A DNA stretch of 26,722 bases from a virus (lineage: Duplodnaviria; Heunggongvirae; Uroviricota; Caudoviricetes): the IMG/VR virus record IMGVR_UViG_2531839454_000026. The stretch is one strand, 5' to 3'. Shown here one piece after another: positions 1-8,726 of this stretch (the stretch's first letter is position 1; each line of letters starts with the position of its first letter). The notes beneath the pieces are model-generated. The model searched no databases and was not told where the DNA came from. It saw nothing but the letters and a program-made list of their open reading frames with translations. The translations under genes were made by a program, and so were the position numbers.

Positions 1-171
1 CCGAAGGATGCCACCCTGACGGCGCTGGCGGAGCTTGCTACATCAGCAGATAAACTCCCATATTTTACAGGGGCAGATCGTGCCGCGTTAACCGCGTTGA
101 CAAGTGTTGGACGTGCCATTCTTGGTAAAACCAGCACTCAGGGAGTTCTTGATTACCTTGGTTTGGGAGAA
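1..171. repeat. Left arm of perfect inverted repeat (reverse complement of 2011..2181); truncated by window edge
   Basis: Base-by-base comparison: window 1..171 is the exact reverse complement of 2011..2181; identity stops exactly at 171/2011. Confidence 0.95.
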
Positions 172-519
172 GCGGCGAAAAGGGATGTGGGCACAGGAGA
201 AAATCAGATACCGGATATGTCAGCCTGGAAAAGAGATCCGAGTTCTAATCGCTGGAGAAAATTGCCTGATGGAACCATCATTCAAATGGGAATATCAGCA
301 TCAGGGCCATTAGGCTCACCTGTAAATATCACCCTGCCGATATCTTTCAGCAATACCAATTATTGTGTTGTTGCATCGTACGATAATGCACGGTCAGGTG
401 TGTCAACAATGGTTAGTTTTGCAGCGTTACCTGTTTCACCATCGCAATTTTCCCTGATGTCATCTGTGACTGAGCAAGGAGTAAATCCTTTTGCTTACTG
501 GATTGCTTTTGGAGATTGA
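1..519 (+). CDS. Alternative tail-fibre C-terminal segment (Hv'), 5'-partial at window edge, silent in the current orientation
   Basis: Frame open from nt 1; first 57 codons (PKDATLTALAELATSADKLPYFTGADRAALTALTSVGRAILGKTSTQGVLDYLGLGE) identical to an internal stretch of H, then a different C-terminus; stop TGA 517..519. Confidence 0.6.
   Translation, partial: PKDATLTALAELATSADKLPYFTGADRAALTALTSVGRAILGKTSTQGVLDYLGLGEAAKRDVGTGENQIPDMSAWKRDPSSNRWRKLPDGTIIQMGISASGPLGSPVNITLPISFSNTNYCVVASYDNARSGVSTMVSFAALPVSPSQFSLMSSVTEQGVNPFAYWIAFGD
146..171. other. hix/gix-like 26-bp candidate serine-invertase crossover site (left copy)
   Basis: Reverse complement of the 2011..2036 site; lies exactly at the inner end of the inverted repeat. 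Confidence 0.4.
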
Positions 520-522
520 TAA

Positions 523-942
523 ATGGACAGATACTTCTATTCACAAAAAGAAAATGGTTTTTTTACCGATTTAAATAAAGCACCTTCAGATGCTGTTGAG
601 ATAACCACGGATGAATGGCTGTTACTACTGGATGGTCAGGATAATGGCATGAAAATAGTCAGCAATCAGGAGGGATATCCGGTTTTGACAGAGCAACCAC
701 CTTTATCAAAAGAAAACCTTATTGCATTGGCGGATTTGAAAAAAAGAAAACTTATTAATGAAGCCAACGAGCACATGAACAGCAGACAATGGCCAGGTAA
801 AGCGGCGATTGGTCGCCTGAAAGGTGAGGAACTGGCGCAATATAATTTGTGGCTGGATTATCTGGACGCACTGGAACTGGTCGATACTTCCGGTGCGCCA
901 GATATTGAATGGCCTACGCCTCCGGCAGTTCAGGCCAGATGA
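523..942 (+). CDS. Alternative tail fibre assembly chaperone (Tfa-like, G')
   Basis: 139-aa ORF 3 nt after Hv' stop, RBS GGAGA upstream; C-terminal WLDYLDALELVDTSGAPDIEWP resembles the Tfa C-terminus of G (LDYIDAVTATDTSTAPDVIWP); 3' end overlaps G convergently (914..942). Confidence 0.7.
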   Translation: MDRYFYSQKENGFFTDLNKAPSDAVEITTDEWLLLLDGQDNGMKIVSNQEGYPVLTEQPPLSKENLIALADLKKRKLINEANEHMNSRQWPGKAAIGRLKGEELAQYNLWLDYLDALELVDTSGAPDIEWPTPPAVQAR

Positions 943-1519
943 CGTCCGGCGCGGTGCTGGTATCTGTTGCCGTCACCGCGTCAATGTAATCCAGCACAGC
1001 GTTAAGTCGGGTGTTTTCTGTCTGCATCAGCTTCCGCCCGGCCTGCAATTTCAGTTGAATCAGACTAATGGAAGCCATTGCAGTATCAATCAGTGACTGA
1101 CGCTGTGCTTCTGCCGCGCCTACTGCGGCGCTATGCTGTGCCTCAGTATCTGTCACCCATTTCTCACCATCCCATTCATCGTATGGCGTTAACGGGGCGA
1201 TAGTGGTTGTATTTTCAGGATAATCACCCGGAGCTGTGATTTCTTTCGATTCTCCTGTTTCGGTGCTATAGATGATTTCACCACGATGGTCTGGCACATA
1301 TTCCCATGAGTTAAAATCTGCAGAACGGCAGATTGCATAACCAGCTTTATGTGTAACTGGTGCATCTAAACAAGAACATGCCGGGATACCGACGCCGACA
1401 GCGAGATATTCAGTTGATGTAGAAATATATTCCCGCGTTTCACCATCATAATTATAAACGGTAATATCTCCCGCTTTTATGGCAATGAGTTCGCTATTTA
1501 ATACAGCTTTATTCATCAT
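914..1519 (-). CDS. G: Tail fibre assembly protein G (Tfa family)
   Basis: 201-aa ORF directly downstream of H with ATGA-type overlap; Tfa-like conserved C-terminus. Confidence 0.85.
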   Translation of the reverse strand: MMNKAVLNSELIAIKAGDITVYNYDGETREYISTSTEYLAVGVGIPACSCLDAPVTHKAGYAICRSADFNSWEYVPDHRGEIIYSTETGESKEITAPGDYPENTTTIAPLTPYDEWDGEKWVTDTEAQHSAAVGAAEAQRQSLIDTAMASISLIQLKLQAGRKLMQTENTRLNAVLDYIDAVTATDTSTAPDVIWPELPEA

Positions 1520-3156
1520 GCGGCCCTTACAATATAATTAAAAGCGATGTTACGAGGACGAGTTTCTGTACCTACATTTTCACTAATTTCACCATAACGT
1601 TTAACACTACGAGAGCTAATAGCTCGTAGTGAGGAAGGCACCTTAAGACCGGGTTCGTCCGTTTTAACTATTCCCCCGTCACCGTATGTAGCCAGTATTC
1701 CTGGGTTTACTCCTTCCCGTGCACTTCCTGCGGCGAGTCCGTCCCCTGTCCATAATTCCATATAGTGTGCATGGTCCAAAATTGTGTGTGGCTGCCAATT
1801 AAGCAAAGCGCGACCAGTATCAATCCCGCGACCGTCATCCCAGCCACGAATAAATTCACCGCGTAAATCAGGCAATTTATTGGTCGGGTAAGCCTTTGCC
1901 AGTTCCGGGTATTCTTCAACAGAAAAAGCCGCACCATTGCATTTCAGCCAGCCTGTTGGCGGAGTGGCTGAAGGCCACGGAACAGGCACCCCAACCGGTA
2001 ATGCAGAGCCTTCTCCCAAACCAAGGTAATCAAGAACTCCCTGAGTGCTGGTTTTACCAAGAATGGCACGTCCAACACTTGTCAACGCGGTTAACGCGGC
2101 ACGATCTGCCCCTGTAAAATATGGGAGTTTATCTGCTGATGTAGCAAGCTCCGCCAGCGCCGTCAGGGTGGCATCCTTCGGTTGCTTACCCGCAAGCGCG
2201 TTAGTCATGGTGGTCGCAAAATTCGGGTCATTGCCCAGCGCCGCAGCCAGTTCGTTCAGCGTGTTCAGTGCATCAGGTGACGAATCTACAAGTGCGGCAA
2301 TCGCGGCCATAACGAAAGCCGTGCTTGCGATCTGGGTACTATTAGTCCCCTGTGGCGCTGTTGGTGTTGTTGGCGTTCCGGTCAGTGCCGGGCTGTTTAA
2401 TGGTGCTTTCTTGTTCGTTTCATCCATTACCGCCTTAACAGCTTTTGGTGTCGCTGCCAGTGTTTCAGACGTGCTGTTCGTGGCGCTACTGAGCTGAACA
2501 ATCCCTTTTTGTGTAGTGGTGGCGTTCTGGGCGGTATATTTCTCGTTAGCCAGGTCATATGCAGCCTTAACCGCTTTCGGTGTTGCGGCCAGTGTTTCTG
2601 ATTCACTGTTAATTGCACTGCTTAACTGAGTAAAACCTTTTACGGTCAGCGAGGCGTCCGGGTGACGTCGTGACTGTTCGTGCTCTGATATTTTATCATC
2701 CACATATTTGCGGGTTGCCAGAACCACAGACGGGTCAATTTTCAGCGTGATGGCTTCGGTGTTCGTGACAACCAGAATCATGCGGATAGTTTGGGTGCGT
2801 CCACTGCCTTCCTGCAACTGCGGTTTGTACGTTTCCGGGCAGTTTGCCACCGCAATGAGTACACCTTCATCATCATAAAGACCAATCTCACGGATCCAGA
2901 ATCCTCCCTCGTTTTCAGGGATGATTTGCTCCGCAATAATCTGGCTCTGATTGTTAGGGTCAACACTCAGAAGATTCAGCGGTGCAATGCGTTTCTGGTT
3001 AATCAGTTTTGTTTGTGCAGGGTCTGGTGTTGGTAACACACCATTTGCATCACCAACGGCCATTTGCGTCAGATTCAGCTTACTGCCGAGCATCGTCGCG
3101 TTAGCCAGTCGTGCCGCGCCCTGATTAGTCAGAATGGCGTAGTATTTCACTGTCAT
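1516..3156 (-). CDS. H: Tail fibre protein H (constant N-terminal part + variable C-terminal part)
   Basis: 546 aa; N-terminus MTVKYYAILTNQGAARLA...MAVGDANG typical of P2 H / side tail fibres; internal 44-aa tandem repeats; position between I and G. Confidence 0.9.
   Translation of the reverse strand: MTVKYYAILTNQGAARLANATMLGSKLNLTQMAVGDANGVLPTPDPAQTKLINQKRIAPLNLLSVDPNNQSQIIAEQIIPENEGGFWIREIGLYDDEGVLIAVANCPETYKPQLQEGSGRTQTIRMILVVTNTEAITLKIDPSVVLATRKYVDDKISEHEQSRRHPDASLTVKGFTQLSSAINSESETLAATPKAVKAAYDLANEKYTAQNATTTQKGIVQLSSATNSTSETLAATPKAVKAVMDETNKKAPLNSPALTGTPTTPTAPQGTNSTQIASTAFVMAAIAALVDSSPDALNTLNELAAALGNDPNFATTMTNALAGKQPKDATLTALAELATSADKLPYFTGADRAALTALTSVGRAILGKTSTQGVLDYLGLGEGSALPVGVPVPWPSATPPTGWLKCNGAAFSVEEYPELAKAYPTNKLPDLRGEFIRGWDDGRGIDTGRALLNWQPHTILDHAHYMELWTGDGLAAGSAREGVNPGILATYGDGGIVKTDEPGLKVPSSLRAISSRSVKRYGEISENVGTETRPRNIAFNYIVRAA
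2011..2036. other. hix/gix-like 26-bp candidate serine-invertase crossover site (right copy)
   Basis: TTCTCCCAAACC-AA-GGTAATCAAGAA: two imperfectly symmetric 12-bp half-sites around a 2-bp core, central AAACCAAGGT as in hix/gix sites (hixL recalled from memory as TTCTTGAAAACCAAGGTTTTTGATAA); located exactly where the H and Hv' coding sequences diverge. Confidence 0.45.
2011..2181. repeat. Right arm of perfect inverted repeat (inside H coding sequence)
   Basis: Exact reverse complement of 1..171. Confidence 0.95.
2432..2633. repeat. Intragenic imperfect tandem repeat in H (two ~70-nt copies 132 nt apart)
   Basis: DNA copies at about 2432..2501 and 2564..2633; protein motif QLSSA(I/T)NS(E/T)SETLAATPKAVKA occurs twice. 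Confidence 0.7.
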
Positions 3157-3761
3157 GCGTTTACTCTCAGATTATCAATTAAATGAATGGCTGGGGCAGG
3201 GAAATAATCCCCTTCGACAATAATGGACTCCGGGGTGTAGGGATAAACCGTCAGGGCATCGCCGTGATAGCATCCCGTACCAACGAAAATCTTTCCGTTC
3301 ACACTCAGGCTGATCGCCAGCCCCGTCAGATGGCGACTTACTGGTTTTGCATCCGCAATAAGGCGCTCAAGTTCCTGATACATTTCATCGGTGATGCCCT
3401 GATCAAGTACTCCGACAACAATGCGAAATGTTCCCGGCTCCTCGTTGAGTTGCCACCACTCCTTTACTTCAATCAGGTAGCCGAGAGGCTCCACGGCTCT
3501 TCGCAGTGCGCTGATGGTCCCTTTGTGTCGGTGTATCAGCCATGCATCACGAATCACCTGTCGCTTTGTCTCTTCCGGCCAGTTGCGATCCCAGCGGTCA
3601 ACGGAAAACGCCCAGGCGAGATAAGGCAGCAGATGCACCGGGCAGGTGTCCGGCGACCACAGCGTGTTGAGGTCTACCGGAATGTCTGTAATGCGTGTTC
3701 CGACGGCTTCGGCACAACGCATGAAATTGCTGGCTGATGGTGGTAACAACGAATTACTCAT
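3153..3761 (-). CDS. I: Baseplate assembly protein I
   Basis: Position between J and H; ATG at 3761 preceded by RBS AAGGTGG (ORF track gives GTG at 3794); stop overlaps H start (ATGA). Confidence 0.75.
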   Translation of the reverse strand: MSNSLLPPSASNFMRCAEAVGTRITDIPVDLNTLWSPDTCPVHLLPYLAWAFSVDRWDRNWPEETKRQVIRDAWLIHRHKGTISALRRAVEPLGYLIEVKEWWQLNEEPGTFRIVVGVLDQGITDEMYQELERLIADAKPVSRHLTGLAISLSVNGKIFVGTGCYHGDALTVYPYTPESIIVEGDYFPAPAIHLIDNLRVNA

Positions 3762-4650
3762 TGCGTCCACCTTCGCTGATGGTGAATGACTCACAGCGCG
3801 CCGCCTGTATGTCGCTGATGGCCATATTCTGTGTGGGTTCGATTATCTCCACGCGTTGCACACCGTGCACATGCAGTGCGGCAGCAATGGCGGACAACGC
3901 CACGTCCTGACCGATAAGCCCCTGCTCAGCCAGCCACTTCCTGAACGACGATTCAGCCGCGGCCAGAATAGGTTCGGATTCCGGGCCGGGGTAAAAGTAC
4001 AGTTTTGCATTCAGCCGCCATGTCACGATTCTGGCGCTCTGTACGGTCAGGCGGTCGGCCACCGGGCGGGTATCCTCTGCATTCAGAACGGCGCGAACGG
4101 TATTAAGCAACGCCTCCGTTGCTGTGCCGTCGCCTTCAGTGGACAGGATGGAAACCGTCACACAGGCCGGAGACGGGCTGATGGCCCGCGCATCACGCAC
4201 CAGACCGCTGGCGCTGCGTGCAAAATACTCGTATGCACCTGCCGGGCCAGCAACACTCAGGCCGTCATACGCCCGTTGCGCCCGCAATCTCAGCGAGGTG
4301 TCGCTCTCCATCACCGCGTCGGTGGTATCCGTTGCCGGAGTGATAACCAGGCGCTTTGTGTTCATATTGCCCGCGAGGTTGTCCAGGTTTGTCCCTGAAC
4401 CGTGGCTTAACATGCAGGCGCGTGCGCCCTCGTTAACCCGCTGGCGTAACAGCATTTCACGAAAAGACATGGTTTGAGCGATAACGTTCAGGGGTTCCGA
4501 TTCCAGCTCCAGCGCGGCGGAGACGGCTTCACGCTGTTCGGCAGGATAGGACGCAATCATCATGGCCTTTGTGTCAGCCAGAATTGCCTCAAAATCAGGC
4601 TCCGCGATGATGGCGGGTTCCGGTAACTGGGAAAGGTCAACAGCAGGCAT
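3754..4650 (-). CDS. J: Baseplate assembly protein J
   Basis: 298 aa, N-terminus MPAVDLSQLPEP... like P2 gpJ; synteny W-J-I. Confidence 0.9.
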   Translation of the reverse strand: MPAVDLSQLPEPAIIAEPDFEAILADTKAMMIASYPAEQREAVSAALELESEPLNVIAQTMSFREMLLRQRVNEGARACMLSHGSGTNLDNLAGNMNTKRLVITPATDTTDAVMESDTSLRLRAQRAYDGLSVAGPAGAYEYFARSASGLVRDARAISPSPACVTVSILSTEGDGTATEALLNTVRAVLNAEDTRPVADRLTVQSARIVTWRLNAKLYFYPGPESEPILAAAESSFRKWLAEQGLIGQDVALSAIAAALHVHGVQRVEIIEPTQNMAISDIQAARCESFTISEGGRNE

Positions 4651-4653
4651 GAT

Positions 4654-5004
4654 TTACTCTCTCAGCGTGATGGTTAATTCAACATTCTGCATGGTCTGCA
4701 TGACAGTGCCCGACAGCGTCACCCCGGCGCGGCCTCCTGCCTTCCAGACAACGTCGATGGCGTCCAGGGCAATGCGGGGTTCCCATCGTGTCAGCGCAAT
4801 CACGGCAGCACTCATGCATTGCAGACGCGTGGTGTTATTCATGGGTTCGTCAATCAAATCAGGCACAAGGCTGCCATATTCCCGTCGCATAACCCGGCTG
4901 GCCAGCGGGGTGGTCAGGATGTCCCTGACTGACTGTTTCAGGTGCTCCATATCGTTCAGGTTTCCCGTTCCGTCCGGGTTCATTCCTGTGTAGCGGGTTG
5001 TCAC
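4654..5004 (-). CDS. W: Baseplate assembly protein W (gp25-like)
   Basis: 116 aa, size and position as P2 gpW. Confidence 0.9.
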   Translation of the reverse strand: MTTRYTGMNPDGTGNLNDMEHLKQSVRDILTTPLASRVMRREYGSLVPDLIDEPMNNTTRLQCMSAAVIALTRWEPRIALDAIDVVWKAGGRAGVTLSGTVMQTMQNVELTITLRE

Positions 5005-5582
5005 TGCGGGCCTCCTGTCGAATCGCTGCCACCTTTAACGCCACCGTGTTTATGCGTATGCACTGTGATGCCGTTTGAGGTGAAATCGCCGCCGCTGTGC
5101 GTGATATTGCCGCTCATCTTTCCCCCTTTTGTGACGTCAAGCGTCGCCGTTCTCAGAAGGTTTGTGCATTCCACGACGGGCGTGTCCAGTGTCACGCTGA
5201 CGGATGCCTGTAAAGTGGCCGTTTTCATGCCGCTGGCGCTCAGTGCGCCTGCGTCCGCGTCGTAGCGGAACACCGCGCCGTCCGGCGCGCTGATCACGAT
5301 TTCTTTCAGGCTTTTGCCGGGTGCCGGATTGGCATCACTCCACAGGCTGCCAATTATCATGGCGGTTTCCGGGTTGCCGCCAATGCAGGCAATTACCACC
5401 TGTTCGTCCACTGATGGCGGCAGCCACACATTGAAGGCTCCCGCGCGCGTGGTGTTCCAGCGCAACCAGCCTGTTTCCAGTTCGCCGCTACGAACGCGCA
5501 CGCGCCAGGACTTCTCATCAACTTCAGAGATGATCCCGGTGCGGATGATATTGCTCAGCAGTCGCATGAGTTCTGCGCTCAC
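5001..5582 (-). CDS. V: Baseplate spike / assembly protein V
   Basis: 193 aa; motifs IRTGIISEVDE, VTLDTP...CTNLL, GNITHSGG...SNGITVHTHKH match the P2 gpV pattern as I recall it. Confidence 0.9.
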   Translation of the reverse strand: MSAELMRLLSNIIRTGIISEVDEKSWRVRVRSGELETGWLRWNTTRAGAFNVWLPPSVDEQVVIACIGGNPETAMIIGSLWSDANPAPGKSLKEIVISAPDGAVFRYDADAGALSASGMKTATLQASVSVTLDTPVVECTNLLRTATLDVTKGGKMSGNITHSGGDFTSNGITVHTHKHGGVKGGSDSTGGPQ

Positions 5583-6223
5583 CGTACAGCCTCCGCAATC
5601 CGGCCCAGCACCGTGTTATAAATCAGGCGTTCATCTGCCTGGCTGATACCCAGCAGCTCACGTACCGGGTAATCGGTGAAAATGCCCGGCATAACCTGAT
5701 CGCGCTCACCGAACTGATGAACGCGTGCAATACGTGCGGCCACGCCGCTGTAACCCACCGTCACACCGGAAGCATCTGCACGGGCTTTCAGGTAGCGGGC
5801 GGTGCGCAGTTTTACGAACATGGGGACGCGCTTTGTGCTGTCCTGGTTGATGCGCCGGGTGCGTATTTCCAGAAAACGGTCGATGTCATCCCGGTAAAAC
5901 GTGCGGATATTGTTTTTATCCTCATCCCCCCCGGTAATGGTTCGCCCGTATTTCCCCGTGTCGTGATGCCAGTTTTTCAGCGTGCGTGCTTCGTTATTCC
6001 AGATAAAGCGAATGCGTTCCTGTATCCGGGTTACGCGGCGTCTGCGTGGTGTCCACGCGGTCCCGTCCGGCGCTTTCTGTGACCGGATACGCGCCTGCTG
6101 GGCGCGGCGTAAATCCTGTGCCAGCTTTCTGGCGATGTTATTGATGGCCTGCTGATTCAGGCTGTCGCGGATGGCCTCAAAGGTTTCATCCACGCGGGTG
6201 AATGCCTTATCCATCGCTTTCAC
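5579..6223 (-). CDS. S: Tail completion / virion morphogenesis protein S (start uncertain)
   Basis: Position between R and V; longer than the ~150 aa I recall for P2 S; start could be the second Met. Confidence 0.65.
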   Translation of the reverse strand: MKAMDKAFTRVDETFEAIRDSLNQQAINNIARKLAQDLRRAQQARIRSQKAPDGTAWTPRRRRVTRIQERIRFIWNNEARTLKNWHHDTGKYGRTITGGDEDKNNIRTFYRDDIDRFLEIRTRRINQDSTKRVPMFVKLRTARYLKARADASGVTVGYSGVAARIARVHQFGERDQVMPGIFTDYPVRELLGISQADERLIYNTVLGRIAEAVR

Positions 6224-6674
6224 CCCACGTCACATCCTGGAATACATGCGACCAGTCGCCTTCGGAAGATGGCAGGCGGGGTTTTGGCTCCGGCAGGTGT
6301 TCTGCCTGCGGCGTGCCCTGACTGCTGCGCGTGATGCGAACGCGTTCCCGCAGAGGGAGCGTAAACAGGAGATCGGCGCTGTCATCGTCATTGATAACGG
6401 CGGAGAATTTGATGTCCTGATTACGCTCCGGATTGAGCAACAACTGTGGCTGATTTTCTGATAACCACGCCAGTAGCGGCAGCGTGAGGTCGTCCAGCTC
6501 CCCGGCGTAATCCATGACAAACATCACCATCTGATAGCGGTAAACAAACGAGGGCGTTTCTCCGGTCGTTTCAATGTTGCCGCTCTCCACGAAAATGGTG
6601 AATTTTTCCGGGTTGGCCTGACACCATCGGCATGAACGGGTCATGGCTTCACGCAGGGAATCAGTTTTCAGCAT
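6207..6674 (-). CDS. R: Tail completion protein R
   Basis: 155 aa, same size and position as P2 gpR; N-terminus MLKTDSLREAM... Confidence 0.75.
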   Translation of the reverse strand: MLKTDSLREAMTRSCRWCQANPEKFTIFVESGNIETTGETPSFVYRYQMVMFVMDYAGELDDLTLPLLAWLSENQPQLLLNPERNQDIKFSAVINDDDSADLLFTLPLRERVRITRSSQGTPQAEHLPEPKPRLPSSEGDWSHVFQDVTWGESDG

Positions 6675-6951
6675 GGTTGTTGTCCTCGTTGTTCAGTCGT
6701 TGCAGCCTGCGCTGTTCCAGTAATTCAATGGCCCGTTTATCTGCGTTACAGGTTTCCAGTGCATCCAGAAGGCGGTCGCCCCATATACCGAGATTTCCCC
6801 ATGTGGGAGTGTCAGGGAAGGGGGGAGGCGTTACCGGTATGGTCAGCGTCTGCGGTATAAGCCGGACTGACGGCGCTGGCCGTGGCGCGTTCTGCGTGCC
6901 TGCGCAACCTGTCAGTAAAACGAGCATCAGGCAAAGCGTGGGCGCATTCAT
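6661..6951 (-). CDS. lysC: Outer-membrane spanin lipoprotein (LysC/Rz1-like), overlapping the i-spanin in another frame
   Basis: Internal ATG at 6951 gives MNAPTLCLMLVLLTGC... (lipoprotein signal with LLTGC lipobox); Pro-rich mature part; overlaps 3' end of the i-spanin. Confidence 0.6.
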   Translation of the reverse strand: MNAPTLCLMLVLLTGCAGTQNAPRPAPSVRLIPQTLTIPVTPPPFPDTPTWGNLGIWGDRLLDALETCNADKRAIELLEQRRLQRLNNEDNNHAEN

Positions 6952-7219
6952 CTTTTGCAATATCGTTGCGTAGCTGTTCACGTCTGGCTTCTCCGTCCTG
7001 ATTGCGTTGCTGATTTTCCACGCGGAGTTGCGCCAGCACCTGCTGCATATCCTGTACCCCGGTGCTGATGATATTCAGGGTGTCGACGGTACTTTTCAGG
7101 GTGCTGGCCTGCGCTTCGTTTCTGGCGTTCTCCCGGCCCAGCGACCACGACAGACGCATGGATGTTCCCCATGCGGCAATCAGAAGGAAAGCGACGCCCA
7201 GCGTGGGCCAGAGCTTCAT
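6812..7219 (-). CDS. lysB: Inner-membrane spanin (LysB/Rz-like)
   Basis: ATG at 7219 overlaps endolysin stop (ATGA); MKLWPTLGVAFLLIAAWG N-terminal TM followed by charged coiled-coil-like region. Confidence 0.7.
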   Translation of the reverse strand: MKLWPTLGVAFLLIAAWGTSMRLSWSLGRENARNEAQASTLKSTVDTLNIISTGVQDMQQVLAQLRVENQQRNQDGEARREQLRNDIAKDECAHALPDARFTDRLRRHAERATASAVSPAYTADADHTGNASPLP

Positions 7220-7608
7220 GCCGGATAGGCTCCGTGTGGTAACTGAAAATGCGGTCCGTCTTTCAGGGTCTTCCAGTCGCCGCCCCATTCCACCGGAATA
7301 TTCAGTTCCCGGCTGGCCTGTCTGAATGCTGCTGCGATTTTTTCGTACAGCGGCCATTCCCATGACACCTGGCTGCCGACATAAGCCACAACATCCACGG
7401 CATGCCCCGTAAGGTGGCGGCTGTTCATGGTCTGGCTCTTACCCGTGGCCACAAGTTGCTTCTGGCGGTAACGGCTGCGCAACCCTTCGGTGATACCAAA
7501 ATCCACTTCCGAGATTTCCAGTGCCCGTCGGGTCACTTTCACCAGATCAGGATTTACACCCTGCAAATTCTTTTCGCTCCGGCTGCTGAATTTAAATGTG
7601 TTGCTCAT
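7216..7608 (-). CDS. Endolysin, peptidase M15-type (L-alanyl-D-glutamate peptidase-like), not a P2 K-type lysozyme
   Basis: 130 aa; SRHLTGHAVDV zinc-ligand-like motif typical of small M15 endolysins; sits between holin and spanins. Confidence 0.75.
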   Translation of the reverse strand: MSNTFKFSSRSEKNLQGVNPDLVKVTRRALEISEVDFGITEGLRSRYRQKQLVATGKSQTMNSRHLTGHAVDVVAYVGSQVSWEWPLYEKIAAAFRQASRELNIPVEWGGDWKTLKDGPHFQLPHGAYPA

Positions 7609-7928
7609 TCGTCCTTCTCCTTCACCCTGCGATTAAAGGCTGCAATAACCTTGTCGCGTGCTTTCTCTGCGCCCATAAAACCGATTGATGCGCCGATAAA
7701 CGTCACGGCATCTTCAGGAAATCCGAAGAAGCGCAACGACCCGGCCACGGCCATGGCAAGAACGCCGCACGCCAGCGATCCCGTTACGGTCTGAACCAGT
7801 GTTCGTCCGTCATAAAGACTCATCAGCGCGGAAATGCTGACCGCCGCGCCTACTGCATACACCGTTGGCAGGTGGTCAAAGAGCCACGCAATAACCTGCT
7901 CTGTGATCCCTGTTTGAATGGTGCTCAC
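7605..7928 (-). CDS. Y: Holin (Y-position), GTG-initiated
   Basis: GTG at 7928 with RBS GGGGGGAG; product has hydrophobic TM segments (VYAVGAAVSISALM, LACGVLAMAVAGSL) and a charged C-terminus; the longer 7605..8147 ORF is an out-of-frame overlap with X. Confidence 0.6.
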   Translation of the reverse strand: MSTIQTGITEQVIAWLFDHLPTVYAVGAAVSISALMSLYDGRTLVQTVTGSLACGVLAMAVAGSLRFFGFPEDAVTFIGASIGFMGAEKARDKVIAAFNRRVKEKDE

Positions 7929-7930
7929 TG

Positions 7931-8137
7931 CTACTCCCCCCACAACTGAATCATTTCTCGTTTCTTCTTTTCCGGCTCCGGCATCTCCACTTCCTGTCCG
8001 GCGTCCAGAAATACCTGCTGGCAGAGTCCGGGGTTGGCATCCAGCACCTTTTCGGTGACGCCCTGCGTCGTGCCGTAGTACCGGAAACAGAGCGAATCCA
8101 CGGTGTCGCCTTCCAGTGCCTTCACTTTCATCAGCAC
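7931..8137 (-). CDS. X: Tail protein X
   Basis: 68 aa, size and position as P2 gpX (between L and the holin). Confidence 0.7.
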   Translation of the reverse strand: MLMKVKALEGDTVDSLCFRYYGTTQGVTEKVLDANPGLCQQVFLDAGQEVEMPEPEKKKREMIQLWGE

Positions 8138-8634
8138 AACTCCGCAAACATTCGTGGTCGCCCCAGAATGTCAGAGATGGCCCAGCTCACATCGCGCCAC
8201 AGGTCTGCGGCCTGTGCGTCCAGTGCGTCTGCCCGGCGCTCGCCCTTGTCCGTTGTGTCTGCATCACGATAACGCTCCAGAATCAGGGCGCGTGTGGCGG
8301 TATAAACAGCATTGCGCCAGTGCCAGAGATTGACGCTTTCTCCGTTAATTACTGATGCCGGAACATCGGCCAGCGTCTGATGGCCAGCCGCCTGCTGTTC
8401 CTGCTGCCATGCTTCCAGCTCGCGGGTAACGTGGGCCACGGCCCCGGTGGCGGTATGCAGCAGGCGGGAGGTGGTCACGCGGCCCGGCAGTCGTACCGCC
8501 AGACGCAGCTCGCGCAACACAATATCCGGCCAGAATGCACCCGCTGAAATACGGGTATCGCCATCATCGGTGTCGGTGATGTCGTCCTCTGCGGGTCTGG
8601 GTTCAGTTCTGGCAACCATACTCATGGGGTTCAC
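8131..8634 (-). CDS. L: Capsid completion protein L
   Basis: 167 aa, position between M and X. Confidence 0.8.
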   Translation of the reverse strand: MNPMSMVARTEPRPAEDDITDTDDGDTRISAGAFWPDIVLRELRLAVRLPGRVTTSRLLHTATGAVAHVTRELEAWQQEQQAAGHQTLADVPASVINGESVNLWHWRNAVYTATRALILERYRDADTTDKGERRADALDAQAADLWRDVSWAISDILGRPRMFAELC

Positions 8635-8726
8635 TCCTGAAAAAATCGGGCGGTGGGTACGCGGCGTAAACGGTCACGGAGTCAAACCGGAACACCGCGC
8701 ACGCCGCCCGCTGACGGGGTCAGTCG

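Noticed and set aside
104-313. 69-aa + strand ORF in an alternative frame
   Set aside because: Overlaps the Hv' reading frame that is supported by identity to H; no RBS.
2045-4398. Several + strand ORFs of 117-184 aa (2045..2497, 3183..3737, 3856..4398, 4124..4477)
   Set aside because: All are antisense to well-supported late genes H, I and J; no independent support.
6812-7363. 183-aa version of the i-spanin ORF
   Set aside because: Upstream part overlaps the endolysin in another frame; the internal ATG at 7219 overlapping the endolysin stop gives the expected TM-initiated spanin.
7605-8147. 180-aa ORF spanning the holin and X positions
   Set aside because: Its N-terminal 73 codons are an out-of-frame overlap with X; a GTG start at 7928 with a good RBS gives a holin-sized membrane protein instead.
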